DNA of 64,000 nt from Eledone cirrhosa. Its lineage: Eukaryota. Where the stretch lies: positions 11,656,001 through 11,720,000 of the forward strand of contig OZ024742.1 of NCBI GenBank assembly GCA_964016885.1, in the 5' to 3' direction. The notes beneath the pieces were generated by a model. The model saw only the letters and a program-made list of their open reading frames with translations, did no database searches and was not told the origin of the DNA. The position numbers and the translations under genes are program-made. Positions 25,101-40,100 of this stretch are shown here, one piece after another (position 1 is the stretch's first letter; every line of letters starts with the position of its first letter).

Positions 25101-28100
25101 AGAACGTTCATTCCAGAAAGTTAATTCCAGAACGTAAATTCCAGAACATTAATTCCAAAACGTTAATTCCAGAAAGTCAATTCCAGAATGTTAATTCCAG
25201 AACGTTAATTCCATAAAGTTAATTCCAGAACGTTAATTACAGAACGTTAATTTCAGAACGTAAATTCAAGAATGTTAATTACAGAAATTTAATTCCCGAA
25301 CATTAATTCCAGAACGTTAATTCCAGAACGTTTATTCCAGAATGTTAATTCCAGAACGTTAATTTCAGAGCGTTAGTTCCAGAACGTTAATTCCAGAACA
25401 TTAATTCCATCCCGTTAATTCCAGAACGTTAATTCCAGAACGTTAATTCTAGAACATTAATTCCAGAACGTTAATTCCAGAACGTTAATTTCAGAAACGT
25501 TAATTCCAGAAAGTTAATTCCAGAACGTTATTTCCAGAACCTTAATTCCAGAACGGTAATTGCAGAACGTTAATTCCATAACGTTAATTCCAGAACATAA
25601 ATTCCAGAACGTTAATTCCAGAACGTTAAATCCGGAACGTTAATTCCAGAACGTTAATACCAGAACGTTTATTCCAGAGCGTTAATTCCAGAACTTTTTT
25701 GCCAGAACGTTAATTACAGAACGTTAATTCCAAAACGTTAATTCCAGAACGTTAATTCCACCACGTTAATTCCAGAAAGTTAATTCCAGAACGTTAATTC
25801 CAGAAAGTTAATTCCAGAAAATTAATTCCAGAACGTTAATTCCAGAAAGTTAATTCCAGAACGTTAATTCCAGAACATTAATTCCAGAACGTTAATTCCA
25901 GAAAGTCAATTCCAGAATGTTAATTCCATAACGTTAATTCCGTAAAGTTAATTCCAGAACGTTAATTACAGAACGTTAATTTCAGAACGTTAATTCAAGA
26001 ATGTTAATTACAGAAATTTAATTCCAGAACATTAATTCCAGAACGTTAATTACAGAACGTTAATTCCAGAACGTTAATTCGAGAAAGATAATTCTACAAC
26101 GTTAATTCCAGAACGTTAATTCAAGAAAGATAATTCTAGAACGTTAAATCCAGAACGTTAATTCCAGAACCTTTATTCCAGAACGTTAATTCCTGAACAT
26201 TAATTCCAGAACGGTAATTCCAGAACGTTAATTCCATAACGTTAATTCCAGAGCGTTAATTCCAGAACGTTTATGCCAGAAAGTTAATTCCAGAACGTTA
26301 ATTCCGGAACGTTAATTAAGGAACGTTAATTCGAGAACGTTAATTCCAGAACGTTAATTCCAGTACGTTAATTCCAGAACGTTAATTCCAGAAAGTTAAT
26401 TCCAGAACGGTAATTACAGAACGTTAATTCCAGAAAGTTTTTTCGAGAAAATTAATTTCAGAACGTTAATTCCAGAACGTTAATTCCAGAACTTTAATTC
26501 CATAACCTTAATTGCAGAACATTAATTCCGGAGCGTTAATTCCAGAACGTTAATTCCACAACGTTAATTCAAGAACGTTTATGTCAGAACGTTAATTCCA
26601 GAAAGTTATTTCCAGAACATTAATTCCAGTACGTTAATTGCAGAACGTTTATTCCAGAACGTTAATACCAGAACGTTAATTCCAGAACGTTAATTCCAGA
26701 AAGTTAATTCCAGAACATTAATTCCAGAACGTTAATGCCAAAACGTTTATTCCAGAACGTTAATTCCATAAAGTTAATTCCAGAACGTTAATTACAGAAC
26801 GTTAATTTCAGAACGTAAATTCAAGAATGTTAATTACAGAAATTTAATTCCCGAACATTAATTCCAGAACGTTAATTCCAGAACGTTAATTCCAGAAAGT
26901 TAATTCCAGAAAATTAATTCCAGAACGTTCATTCCAGAAAGTTAATTCCAGAACGTAAATTTCAGAACATTAATTCCAAAACGTTAATTCCAGAAAGTCA
27001 ATTCCAGAATGTTAATTCCAGAACGTTAATTCCATAAAGTTAATTCCAGAACGTTAATTACAGAACGTTAATTTCAGAACGTAAATTCAAGAATGTTAAT
27101 TACAGAAATTTAATTCCCGAACATTAATTCCAGAACGTTAATTCCAGAACGTTTATTCCAGAATGTTAATTCCAGAACGTTAATTTCAGAGCGTTAGTTC
27201 CAGAACGTTAATTCCAGAACATTAATTCCATCCCGTTAATTCCAGAACGTTAATTCCAGAACGTTAATTCTAGAACATTAATTCCAGAACGTTAATTCCA
27301 GAACGTTAATTTCAGAAACGTTAATTCCAGAAAGTTAATTCCAGAACGTTATTTCCAGAACCTTAATTCCAGAACGGTAATTGCAGAACGTTAATTCCAT
27401 AACGTTAATTCCAGAACATAAATTCCAGAACGTTAATTCCAGAACGTTAAATCCGGAACGTTAATTCCAGAACGTTAATTCCAGAACGTTTATTCCAGAG
27501 CGTTAATTCCAGAACTTTTTTGCCAGAACGTTAATTACAGAACGTTAATTCCAAAACGTTAATTTCAGAACGTTAATTCCAGAACTTTAATTCCAGAGCG
27601 TTAATTACGGAGCGTTAATTCCAGAAAGTTAATTCCAGAACGTTAATTCCACCACGTTAATTCCAGAAAGTTAATTCCAGAACGTTAATTCCAGAAAGTT
27701 AATTCCAGAAAATTAATTCCAGAACGTTAATTCCAGAAAGTTAATTCCAGAACGTTAATTCCAGAACATTAATTCCAGAACGTTAATTCCAGAAAGTCAA
27801 TTCCAGAATGTTAATTCCATAACGTTAATTCCGTAAAGTTAATTCCAGAACGTTAATTACAGAACGTTAATTTCAGAACGTTAATTCAAGAATGTTAATT
27901 ACAGAAATTTAATTCCAGAACATTAATTCCAGAACGTTAATTACAGAACGTTAATTCCAGAACGTTAATTCGAGAAAGATAATTCTACAACGTTAATTCC
28001 AGAACGTTAATTCAAGAAAGATAATTCTAGAACGTTAAATCCAGAACGTTAATTCCAGAACCTTTATTCCAGAACGTTAATTCCTGAACATTAATTCCAG

Positions 28101-31100
28101 AACGGTAATTCCAGAACGTTAATTCCATAACGTTAATTCCAGAGCGTTAATTCCAGAACGTTTATGCCAGAACGTTAATTCCAGAACGTTAATTCCGGAA
28201 CGTTAATTCAGGAACGTTAATTCGAGAACGTTAATTCCAGAACGTTAATTCCAGTACGTTAATTCCAGAACGTTAATTCCAGAAAGTTAATTCCAGAACG
28301 GTAATTACAGAACGTTAATTCCAGAAAGTTTTTTCGAGAAAATTAATTTCAGAACGTTAATTCCAGAACGTTAATTCCAGAACTTTAATTCCATAACCTT
28401 AATTGCAGAACATTAATTCCGGAGCGTTAATTCCAGAACGTTAATTCCACAACGTTAATTCAAGAACGTTTATGTCAGAACGTTAATTCCAGAAAGTTAT
28501 TTCCAGAACATTAATTCCAGTACGTTAATTGCAGAACGTTTATTCCAGAACGTTAATACCAGAACGTTAATTCCAGAACGTTAATTCCAGAAAGTTAATT
28601 CCAGAACATTAATTCCAGAACGTTAATGCCAAAACGTTTATTCCAGAAAGTTATTTTCAGATCATTAATTTCAGAGTTATTTCCAGAACATTAATTCCAG
28701 TACGTTAATTCCAGAATGTTAATTCCAGAACGTTAATTCAGGAAAGTTATTTCCAGATCATTAATTTCAGAACGTTAATTCCAGAATGTTTATTCCAGAA
28801 CGTTAATTCCAGAACGTTAATTCCAGAAAGTTATTTGCAGATCATTAATTTCAGAAAGTTATTTCCAGAACATTAATTCCAGTACGTTAATTCCAGAATG
28901 TTAATTCCAGAACGTTAATTCAGGAAAGTTATTTCCAGAACATTAATTTCAGAACATTAATTCCAGAACGTTAATTCCAGAACATTAATTCCAGAACGTT
29001 AATTCCAGAATGTTAATTACAGAAATTTAATTCCAGAACATTAATTCCAGAACGTTAATTCCAGAACGTTTATGCCAGAACGTTAATTCGAGAAAGTTAT
29101 TTCCAGAACATTAATTCCAGTACGTTAATTCCAGAACGTTTATTCCAGAACGTTAATTCCAGAACATTAATTCCAGAACTTTAATTCCAGAACGTTAATA
29201 CCAGAACGTTAATTCCAGAACGTTAATTCCAGAACGTTAATTCCAGAAAGTTATTTTCAAATCATTAATTTCAGAACGTTAATTCCAGAATCTTTCTTCC
29301 AGAACGTTTATTCCAGAGCGTTAATTCTAGAATGTTAATTCCAGATCATTAATTCCAGAACGTTACTTCCTAAACGTTAATTCCAGAACGTTTATGCCAG
29401 AACCTTAATTCCAGAAAGTTATTTCCAGAACGTTAATTCCAGAACGTTAATTCCGGAAATTTATTTCCAGATCATTAATTTCAGAACGTTAATTCCAGAA
29501 AGTTAATTCCAGAACGTTAATTCCAGAACATTTATTCCAGAACGTTAATTCCAGAACGTTTATGCCAGAACCTTAATTCCAAAACGTTAATTCCATAAAG
29601 ATATTTTCAGATCATTAATTTCAGAACGTTAATTCCAGAACTTTTTTTCCAGAAAGTTAATTCCAGAAGGTTTATTCCAGAACGTTAATTCCAGAATGTT
29701 AATTACAGAAAGTTAATTCCAGAACGATGATTCCAGAACATTTATTCCAGAACGTTAATTCCAGAACGGTAATTCCAGAACGTTAATTCCAGAACGTTAA
29801 TCCCAGTACGTTAATTCCAGAACGTTAATTCCACAACGTTAGTTCCAGACCGTTAATTCCAGAACGTTTATATCAAAACGTTAATTCCAGAACGTTAATT
29901 CCAGAACGTTAATTCCAGAACGTTAATTCCAGAACGTTAATTCCAGAAAGTTAATTCTAGAACGTTAATTCCAGAACATTAATTCCAAAACGTTAATTCC
30001 AGAAAGTCAATTCCAGAATGTTAATTCCAGAACGTTAATTCCATAAAGTTAATTCAAGAAAGTTAATTACAGAACGTTAATTTCAGAACGTTAATTCAAG
30101 AATGTTACTTACAGAAATTTAATTCCAGAACATTAATTCCAGAACGTTAATTCCAGAACGTATAATTCCAGAACGTTAATTCCAGAACGTTAATTTCAGA
30201 GCGTTAATTCCAGAACGTTAATTCCAAAACGTTAATTCCAGAAAGTTATTTTGAGATCATTAATTTCAGAACATTAATTCCAGAACATTTATTCCACAAC
30301 GTTAATTCCAGAAAGATATTTTCAGATCATTAATTTCAGAACATTAATTCCAGAGGATTTATTCCAGAAAGTTAATTCCAGAACGTATAATTCCAGAACG
30401 TTAATTCCAGAACGTTAATTCCAGAACGTTAATTCCAAAACGTTAATTCCAGAAAGATATTTTCAGATCATTAATTTCAGAACATTAATTCCAGAACATT
30501 TATTCCAGAAAGTTAATTCCAGAACGTATAATACCAGAACGTTAATTCCAGAACGTTAATTCCAGAACATTTATTCCAAAACGTTAATTCCAGAACGATA
30601 ATTCGAGAACGTTAGTGCCAGAACGTTAATTCCAGAACGTTAATTCCAGAAAGTTAATTCCAGAACATTAATTCCAGAACATTTATTCCGAAACGTTAAT
30701 TCCAGAACGTTTATGCCAGAACGTTAATTCCAAAACGTTAATTACATAAAGATATTTTCAGAACGTTTATTCCAGAACGTTAATTCCAGTACGTTAATTC
30801 CAGAACGTTTATTACAGAAAGTTCATACCAGAATGTTGATTACAGAACATTTATTCCAGAACGTTAATTCCAGAACGGTAATTCCAGAACGTTTATGCCA
30901 GAACGTTAATTCCAGAACGTCAATTCCAGAACGTTAATACCAGAACGGTAATTCCAGAACGTTAATCCCAGTACGTTAATTCCAGAACGTTAATTCCAGA
31001 ACGTTAGTTCCAGAGCGTTAATTCCAGAACGTTAATTCCAGAACGTTAATTCCAGAACGTTAATTCCAGAACGTTTATGCCAGAACGTTAATTCCAGAAT

Positions 31101-34100
31101 GTTAATTTCAGAACGTTAATTCCAGAACGTTAATTCCAAAATTTATTACCAGAATGTTAATTCCAGAAAGTTAATTCCAGAACGTTAATTCCAGCAAATT
31201 AATTCCAGAACGTTAATTCCAGAACGTTAATACCAGAAAGTCAATTCCAGAACGTTAATTCCAGAAAATTAATTCCAGAACGTTAATTCCAGAACATTAA
31301 TTCTAGAAAGTTATTTCCAGAACATTAATTCCAGTACGTTAATTCCAGAACGTTTATTCCAGAACGTTAATTCCAGAACGTTAATTCCAGAGCGTTAATT
31401 CCAGAAAGTTAATTCCAGAACGTTAATTCCAGAACCTTAATTCCACAACGTTAATTCCAGAAAGTTATTTTGAGATAATTAATTTCAAAACGTTAATTCC
31501 AGAACATTTATTGCAGAACGTTAATTCCAGAACGTTAATTCCAGAATGTTTATGCCAGAGCGTTAATTCCAGAACGTCAATTCCAGAGCGTTAATTCCAG
31601 AACATTCATGTCAGAACGTTAATTCCAGAACGTTTATGCCAGAACGTTAATTCCGGAATGTTAATTACAGAACGTCAATTCCAGAACGTTAATTCCAGAA
31701 CGTTAATTCCAGAAAGTTAATTCCAGAAAATTAATTCCAGAACGTTCATTCCAGAAAGTCAATTCCAGAATGTTAATTCCAGAACGTTAATTCAATAAAG
31801 TTAATTCCAGTACGTTAATTACAGAACGTTAATTTCAGAACGTTATTTCAAGAATGTTATTTACAGAAATTTAATTCCAGAACATTAATTCCAGAACGGT
31901 AATTCCAGAACGTTAATTCCAGAATATTAATTCCAGAACGTTAATTCCAGAACGTTAATTCGAGAAAGATAATTCTAGAACGTTAAGTCCACAACGTTAA
32001 TTCCAGAACGTTAATTCCAGAACGTTTATTCCAGAACGTTAATTCCTGAACGTTAATTCCAGAACGGTAATTCCAGAACGTTAATTCCATAACGTTAATT
32101 CCAGAACGTTAATTGCAGAAAGTTAATTCCAGAACCTTAATTCCAGAACGTTCATGTCAGAATGTTAGTTCCAGAATGTTAATTCCAGAAGGTTTATGCC
32201 AGAACGTTAATTCCAGAACGTTAATTCCAGAACGTTAATTCTAGAAAGATAATTCCAGAACGTTAATTCCAGAAAGTTAATTCCAGAAAATTAATTCCAG
32301 AACGTTCATTCCAGAAAGTTAATTCCAGAACGTAAATTCCAGAACATTAATTCCAAAACGTTAATTCCAGAAAGTCAATTCCAGAATGTTAATTCCAGAA
32401 CGTTAATTCCATAAAGTTAATTCCAGAACGTTAATTACAGAACGTTAATTTCAGAACGTAAATTCAAGAATGTTAATTACAGAAATTTAATTCCCGAACA
32501 TTAATTCCAGAACGTTAATTCCAGAACGTTTATTCCAGAATGTTAATTCCAGAACGTTAATTTCAGAGCGTTAGTTCCAGAACGTTAATTCCAGAACATT
32601 AATTCCATCCCGTTAATTCCAGAACGTTAATTCCAGAACGTTAATTCTAGAACATTAATTCCAGAACGTTAATTCCAGAACGTTAATTTCAGAAACGTTA
32701 ATTCCAGAAAGTTAATTCCAGAACGTTATTTCCAGAACCTTAATTCCAGAACGGTAATTGCAGAACGTTAATTCCATAACGTTAATTCCAGAACATAAAT
32801 TCCAGAACGTTAATTCCAGAACGTTAAATCCGGAACGTTAATTCCAGAACGTTAATTCCAGAACGTTTATTCCAGAGCGTTAATTCCAGAACTTTTTTGC
32901 CAGAACGTTAATTACAGAACGTTAATTCCAAAACGTTAATTCCAGAACGTTAATTCCACCACGTTAATTCCAGAAAGTTAATTCCAGAACGTTAATTCCA
33001 GAAAGTTAATTCCAGAAAATTAATTCCAGAACGTTAATTCCAGAAAGTTAATTCCAGAACGTTAATTCCAGAACATTAATTCCAGAACGTTAATTCCAGA
33101 AAGTCAATTCCAGAATGTTAATTCCATAACGTTAATTACGTAAAGTTAATTCAAGAACGTTAATTACAGAACGTTAATTTCAGAACGTTAATTCAAGAAT
33201 GTTAATTACAGAAATTTAATTCCAGAACATTAATTCCAGAACGTTAATTACAGAACGTTAATTCCAGAACGTTAATTCGAGAAAGATAATTCTACAACGT
33301 TAATTCCAGAACGTTAATTCAAGAAAGATAATTCTAGAACGTTAAATCCAGAACGTTAATTCCAGAACCTTTATTCCAGAACGTTAATTCCTGAACATTA
33401 ATTCCAGAACGGTAATTCCAGAACGTTAATTCCATAACGTTAATTCCAGAGCGTTAATTCCAGAACGTTTATGCCAGAAAGTTAATTCCAGAACGTTAAT
33501 TCCGGAACGTTAATTAAGGAACGTTAATTCGAGAACGTTAATTCCAGAACGTTAATTCCAGTACGTTAATTCCAGAACGTTAATTCCAGAAAGTTAATTC
33601 CAGAATGGTAATTACAGAACGTTAATTCCAGAAAGTTTTTTCGAGAAAATTAATTTCAGAACGTTAATTCCAGAACGTTAATTCCAGAACTTTAATTCCA
33701 TAACCTTAATTGCAGAACATTAATTCCGGAGCGTTAATTCCAGAACGTTAATTCCACAACGTTAATTCAAGAACGTTTATGTCAGAACGTTAATTCCAGA
33801 AAGTTATTTCCAGAACATTAATTCCAGTACGTTAATTGCAGAACGTTTATTCCAGAACGTTAATACCAGAACGTTAATTCCAGAACGTTAATTCCAGAAA
33901 GTTAATTCCAGAACATTAATTCCAGAACGTTAATGCCAAAACGTTTATTCCAGAACGTTAATTCCATAAAGTTAATTCCAGAACGTTAATTACAGAACGT
34001 TAATTTCAGAACGTAAATTCAAGAATGTTAATTACAGAAATTTAATTCCCGAACATTAATTCCAGAACGTTAATTCCAGAACGTTAATTCCAGAAAGTTA

Positions 34101-37100
34101 ATTCCAGAAAATTAATTCCAGAACGTTCATTCCAGAAAGTTAATTCCAGAACGTAAATTTCAGAACATTAATTCCAAAACGTTAATTCCAGAAAGTCAAT
34201 TCCAGAATGTTAATTCCAGAACGTTAATTCCATAAAGTTAATTCCAGAACGTTAATTACAGAACGTTAATTTCAGAACGTAAATTCAAGAATGTTAATTA
34301 CAGAAATTTAATTCCCGAACATTAATTCCAGAACGTTAATTCCAGAACGTTTATTCCAGAATGTTAATTCCAGAACGTTAATTTCAGAGCGTTAGTTCCA
34401 GAACGTTAATTCCAGAACATTAATTCCATCCCGTTAATTCCAGAACGTTAATTCCAGAACGTTAATTCTAGAACATTAATTCCAGAACGTTAATTCCAGA
34501 ACGTTAATTTCAGAAACGTTAATTCCAGAAAGTTAATTCCAGAACGTTATTTCCAGAACCTTAATTCCAGAACGGTAATTGCAGAACGTTAATTCCATAA
34601 CGTTAATTCCAGAACATAAATTCCAGAACGTTAATTCCAGAACGTTAAATCCGGAACGTTAATTCCAGAACGTTAATTCCAGAACGTTTATTCCAGAGCG
34701 TTAATTCCAGAACTTTTTTGCCAGAACGTTAATTACAGAACGTTAATTCCAAAACGTTAATTTCAGAACGTTAATTCCAGAACTTTAATTCCAGAGCGTT
34801 AATTACGGAGCGTTAATTCCAGAAAGTTAATTCCAGAACGTTAATTCCACCACGTTAATTCCAGAAAGTTAATTCCAGAACGTTAATTCCAGAAAGTTAA
34901 TTCCAGAAAATTAATTCCAGAACGTTAATTCCAGAAAGTTAATTCCAGAACGTTAATTCCAGAACATTAATTCCAGAACGTTAATTCCAGAAAGTCAATT
35001 CCAGAATGTTAATTCCATAACGTTAATTCCGTAAAGTTAATTCCAGAACGTTAATTACAGAACGTTAATTTCAGAACGTTAATTCAAGAATGTTAATTAC
35101 AGAAATTTAATTCCAGAACATTAATTCCAGAACGTTAATTACAGAACGTTAATTCCAGAACGTTAATTCGAGAAAGATAATTCTACAACGTTAATTCCAG
35201 AACGTTAATTCAAGAAAGATAATTCTAGAACGTTAAATCCAGAACGTTAATTCCAGAACCTTTATTCCAGAACGTTAATTCCTGAACATTAATTCCAGAA
35301 CGGTAATTCCAGAACGTTAATTCCATAACGTTAATTCCAGAGCGTTAATTCCAGAACGTTTATGCCAGAACGTTAATTCCAGAACGTTAATTCCGGAACG
35401 TTAATTCAGGAACGTTAATTCGAGAACGTTAATTCCAGAACGTTAATTCCAGTACGTTAATTCCAGAACGTTAATTCCAGAAAGTTAATTCCAGAACGGT
35501 AATTACAGAACGTTAATTCCAGAAAGTTTTTTCGAGAAAATTAATTTCAGAACGTTAATTCCAGAACGTTAATTCCAGAACTTTAATTCCATAACCTTAA
35601 TTGCAGAACATTAATTCCGGAGCGTTAATTCCAGAACGTTAATTCCACAACGTTAATTCAAGAACGTTTATGTCAGAACGTTAATTCCAGAAAGTTATTT
35701 CCAGAACATTAATTCCAGTACGTTAATTGCAGAACGTTTATTCCAGAACGTTAATACCAGAACGTTAATTCCAGAACGTTAATTCCAGAAAGTTAATTCC
35801 AGAACATTAATTCCAGAACGTTAATGCCAAAACGTTTATTCCAGAAAGTTATTTTCAGATCATTAATTTCAGAGTTATTTCCAGAACATTAATTCCAGTA
35901 CGTTAATTCCAGAATGTTAATTCCAGAACGTTAATTCAGGAAAGTTATTTCCAGAACATTAATTTCAGAACATTAATTCCAGAACGTTAATTCCAGAACA
36001 TTAATTCCAGAACGTTAATTCCAGAATGTTAATTACAGAAATTTAATTCCAGAACATTAATTCCAGAACGTTAATTCCAGAACGTTTATGCCAGAACGTT
36101 AATTCGAGAAAGTTATTTCCAGAACATTAATTCCAGTACGTTAATTCCAGAACGTTTATTCCAGAACGTTAATTCCAGAACATTAATTCCAGAACTTTAA
36201 TTCCAGAACGTTAATACCAGAACGTTAATTCCAGAACGTTAATTCCAGAACGTTAATTCCAGAAAGTTATTTTCAAATCATTAATTTCAGAACGTTAATT
36301 CCAGAATCTTTCTTCCAGAACGTTTATTCCAGAGCGTTAATTCTAGAATGTTAATTCCAGATCATTAATTCCAGAACGTTACTTCCTAAACGTTAATTCC
36401 AGAACGTTTATGCCAGAACCTTAATTCCAGAAAGTTATTTCCAGAACGTTAATTCCAGAACGTTAATTCCGGAAATTTATTTCCAGATCATTAATTTCAG
36501 AACGTTAATTCCAGAAAGTTAATTCCAGAACGTTAATTCCAGAACATTTATTCCAGAACGTTAATTCCAGAACGTTTATGCCAGAACCTTAATTCCAAAA
36601 CGTTAATTCCATAAAGATATTTTCAGATCATTAATTTCAGAACGTTAATTCCAGAACTTTTTTTCCAGAAAGTTAATTCCAGAAGGTTTATTCCAGAACG
36701 TTAATTCCAGAATGTTAATTACAGAAAGTTAATTCCAGAACGATGATTCCAGAACATTTATTCCAGAACGTTAATTCCAGAACGGTAATTCCAGAACGTT
36801 AATTCCAGAACGTTAATCCCAGTACGTTAATTCCAGAACGTTAATTCCACAACGTTAGTTCCAGACCGTTAATTCCAGAACGTTTATATCAAAACGTTAA
36901 TTCCAGAACGTTAATTCCAGAACGTTAATTCCAGAACGTTAATTCCAGAACGTTAATTCCAGAAAGTTAATTCTAGAACGTTAATTCCAGAACATTAATT
37001 CCAAAACGTTAATTCCAGAAAGTCAATTCCAGAATGTTAATTCCAGAACGTTAATTCCATAAAGTTAATTCAAGAAAGTTAATTACAGAACGTTAATTTC

Positions 37101-40100
37101 AGAACGTTAATTCAAGAATGTTACTTACAGAAATTTAATTCCAGAACATTAATTCCAGAACGTTAATTCCAGAACGTATAATTCCAGAACGTTAATTCCA
37201 GAACGTTAATTTCAGAGCGTTAATTCCAGAACGTTAATTACAGAACGTTAATTTCAGAACGTTATTTCAAGAATGTTATTTACAGAAATTTAATTCCAGA
37301 ACATTAATTCCAGAACGGTAATTCCAGAACGTTAATTCCAGAATATTAATTCCAGAACGTTAATTCCAGAACGTTAATTCGAGAAAGATAATTCTAGAAC
37401 GTTAAGTCCACAACGTTAATTCCAGAACGTTAATTCCAGAACGTTTATTCCAGAACGTTAATTCCTGAACGTTAATTCCAGAACGGTAATTCCAGAACGT
37501 TAATTCCATAACGTTAATTCCAGAACGTTAATTGCAGAAAGTTAATTCCAGAACCTTAATTCCAGAACGTTCATGTCAGAATGTTAGTTCCAGAATGTTA
37601 ATTCCAGAAGGTTTATGCCAGAACGTTAATTCCAGAACGTTAATTCCAGAACGTTAATTCTAGAAAGATAATTCCAGAACGTTAATTCCAGAAAGTTAAT
37701 TCCAGAAAATTAATTCCAGAACGTTCATTCCAGAAAGTTAATTCCAGAACGTAAATTCCAGAACATTAATTCCAAAACGTTAATTCCAGAAAGTCAATTC
37801 CAGAATGTTAATTCCAGAACGTTAATTCCATAAAGTTAATTCCAGAACGTTAATTACAGAACGTTAATTTCAGAACGTAAATTCAAGAATGTTAATTACA
37901 GAAATTTAATTCCCGAACATTAATTCCAGAACGTTAATTCCAGAACGTTTATTCCAGAATGTTAATTCCAGAACGTTAATTTCAGAGCGTTAGTTCCAGA
38001 ACGTTAATTCCAGAACATTAATTCCATCCCGTTAATTCCAGAACGTTAATTCCAGAACGTTAATTCTAGAACATTAATTCCAGAACGTTAATTCCAGAAC
38101 GTTAATTACAGAAACGTTAATTCCAGAAAGTTAATTCCAGAACGTTATTTCCAGAACCTTAATTCCAGAACGGTAATTGCAGAACGTTAATTCCATAACG
38201 TTAATTCCAGAACATAAATTCCAGAACGTTAATTCCAGAACGTTAAATCCGGAACGTTAATTCCAGAACGTTAATTCCAGAACGTTTATTCCAGAGCGTT
38301 AATTCCAGAACTTTTTTGCCAGAACGTTAATTACAGAACGTTAATTCCAAAACGTTAATTCCAGAACGTTAATTCCACCACGTTAATTCCAGAAAGTTAA
38401 TTCCAGAACGTTAATTCCAGAAAGTTAATTCCAGAAAATTAATTCCAGAACGTTAATTCCAGAAAGTTAATTCCAGAACGTTAATTCCAGAACATTAATT
38501 CCAGAACGTTAATTCCAGAAAGTCAATTCCAGAATGTTAATTCCATAACGTTAATTCCGTAAAGTTAATTCCAGAACGTTAATTACAGAACGTTAATTTC
38601 AGAACGTTAATTCAAGAATGTTAATTACAGAAATTTAATTCCAGAACATTAATTCCAGAACGTTAATTACAGAACGTTAATTCCAGAACGTTAATTCGAG
38701 AAAGATAATTCTACAACGTTAATTCCAGAACGTTAATTCAAGAAAGATAATTCTAGAACGTTAAATCCAGAACGTTAATTCCAGAACCTTTATTCCAGAA
38801 CGTTAATTCCTGAACATTAATTCCAGAACGGTAATTCCAGAACGTTAATTCCATAACGTTAATTCCAGAGCGTTAATTCCAGAACGTTTATGCCAGAACG
38901 TTAATTCCAGAACGTTAATTCCGGAACGTTAATTCAGGAACGTTAATTCGAGAACGTTAATTCCAGAACGTTAATTCCAGTACGTTAATTCCAGAACGTT
39001 AATTCCAGAAAGTTAATTCCAGAACGGTAATTACAGAACGTTAATTCCAGAAAGTTTTTTCGAGAAAATTAATTTCAGAACGTTAATTCCAGAACGTTAA
39101 TTCCAGAACTTTAATTCCATAACCTTAATTGCAGAACATTAATTCCGGAGCGTTAATTCCAGAACGTTAATTCCACAACGTTAATTCAAGAACGTTTATG
39201 TCAGAACGTTAATTCCAGAAAGTTATTTCCAGAACATTAATTCCAGTACGTTAATTGCAGAACGTTTATTCCAGAACGTTAATACCAGAACGTTAATTCC
39301 AGAACGTTAATTCCAGAAAGTTAATTCCAGAACATTAATTCCAGAACGTTAATGCCAAAACGTTTATTCCAGAAAGTTATTTTCAGATCATTAATTTCAG
39401 AGTTATTTCCAGAACATTAATTCCAGTACGTTAATTCCAGAATGTTAATTCCAGAACGTTAATTCAGGAAAGTTATTTCCAGATCATTAATTTCAGAACG
39501 TTAATTCCAGAATGTTTATTCCAGAACGTTAATTCCAGAACGTTAATTCCAGAAAGTTATTTGCAGATCATTAATTTCAGAAAGTTATTTCCAGAACATT
39601 AATTCCAGTACGTTAATTCCAGAATGTTAATTCCAGAACGTTAATTCAGGAAAGTTATTTCCAGAACATTAATTTCAGAACATTAATTCCAGAACGTTAA
39701 TTCCAGAACATTAATTCCAGAACGTTAATTCCAGAATGTTAATTACAGAAATTTAATTCCAGAACATTAATTCCAGAACGTTAATTCCAGAACGTTTATG
39801 CCAGAACGTTAATTCGAGAAAGTTATTTCCAGAACATTAATTCCAGTACGTTAATTCCAGAACGTTTATTCCAGAACGTTAATTCCAGAACATTAATTCC
39901 AGAACTTTAATTCCAGAACGTTAATACCAGAACGTTAATTCCAGAACGTTAATTCCAGAACGTTAATTCCAGAAAGTTATTTTCAAATCATTAATTTCAG
40001 AACGTTAATTCCAGAATCTTTCTTCCAGAACGTTTATTCCAGAGCGTTAATTCTAGAATGTTAATTCCAGATCATTAATTCCAGAACGTTACTTCCTAAA

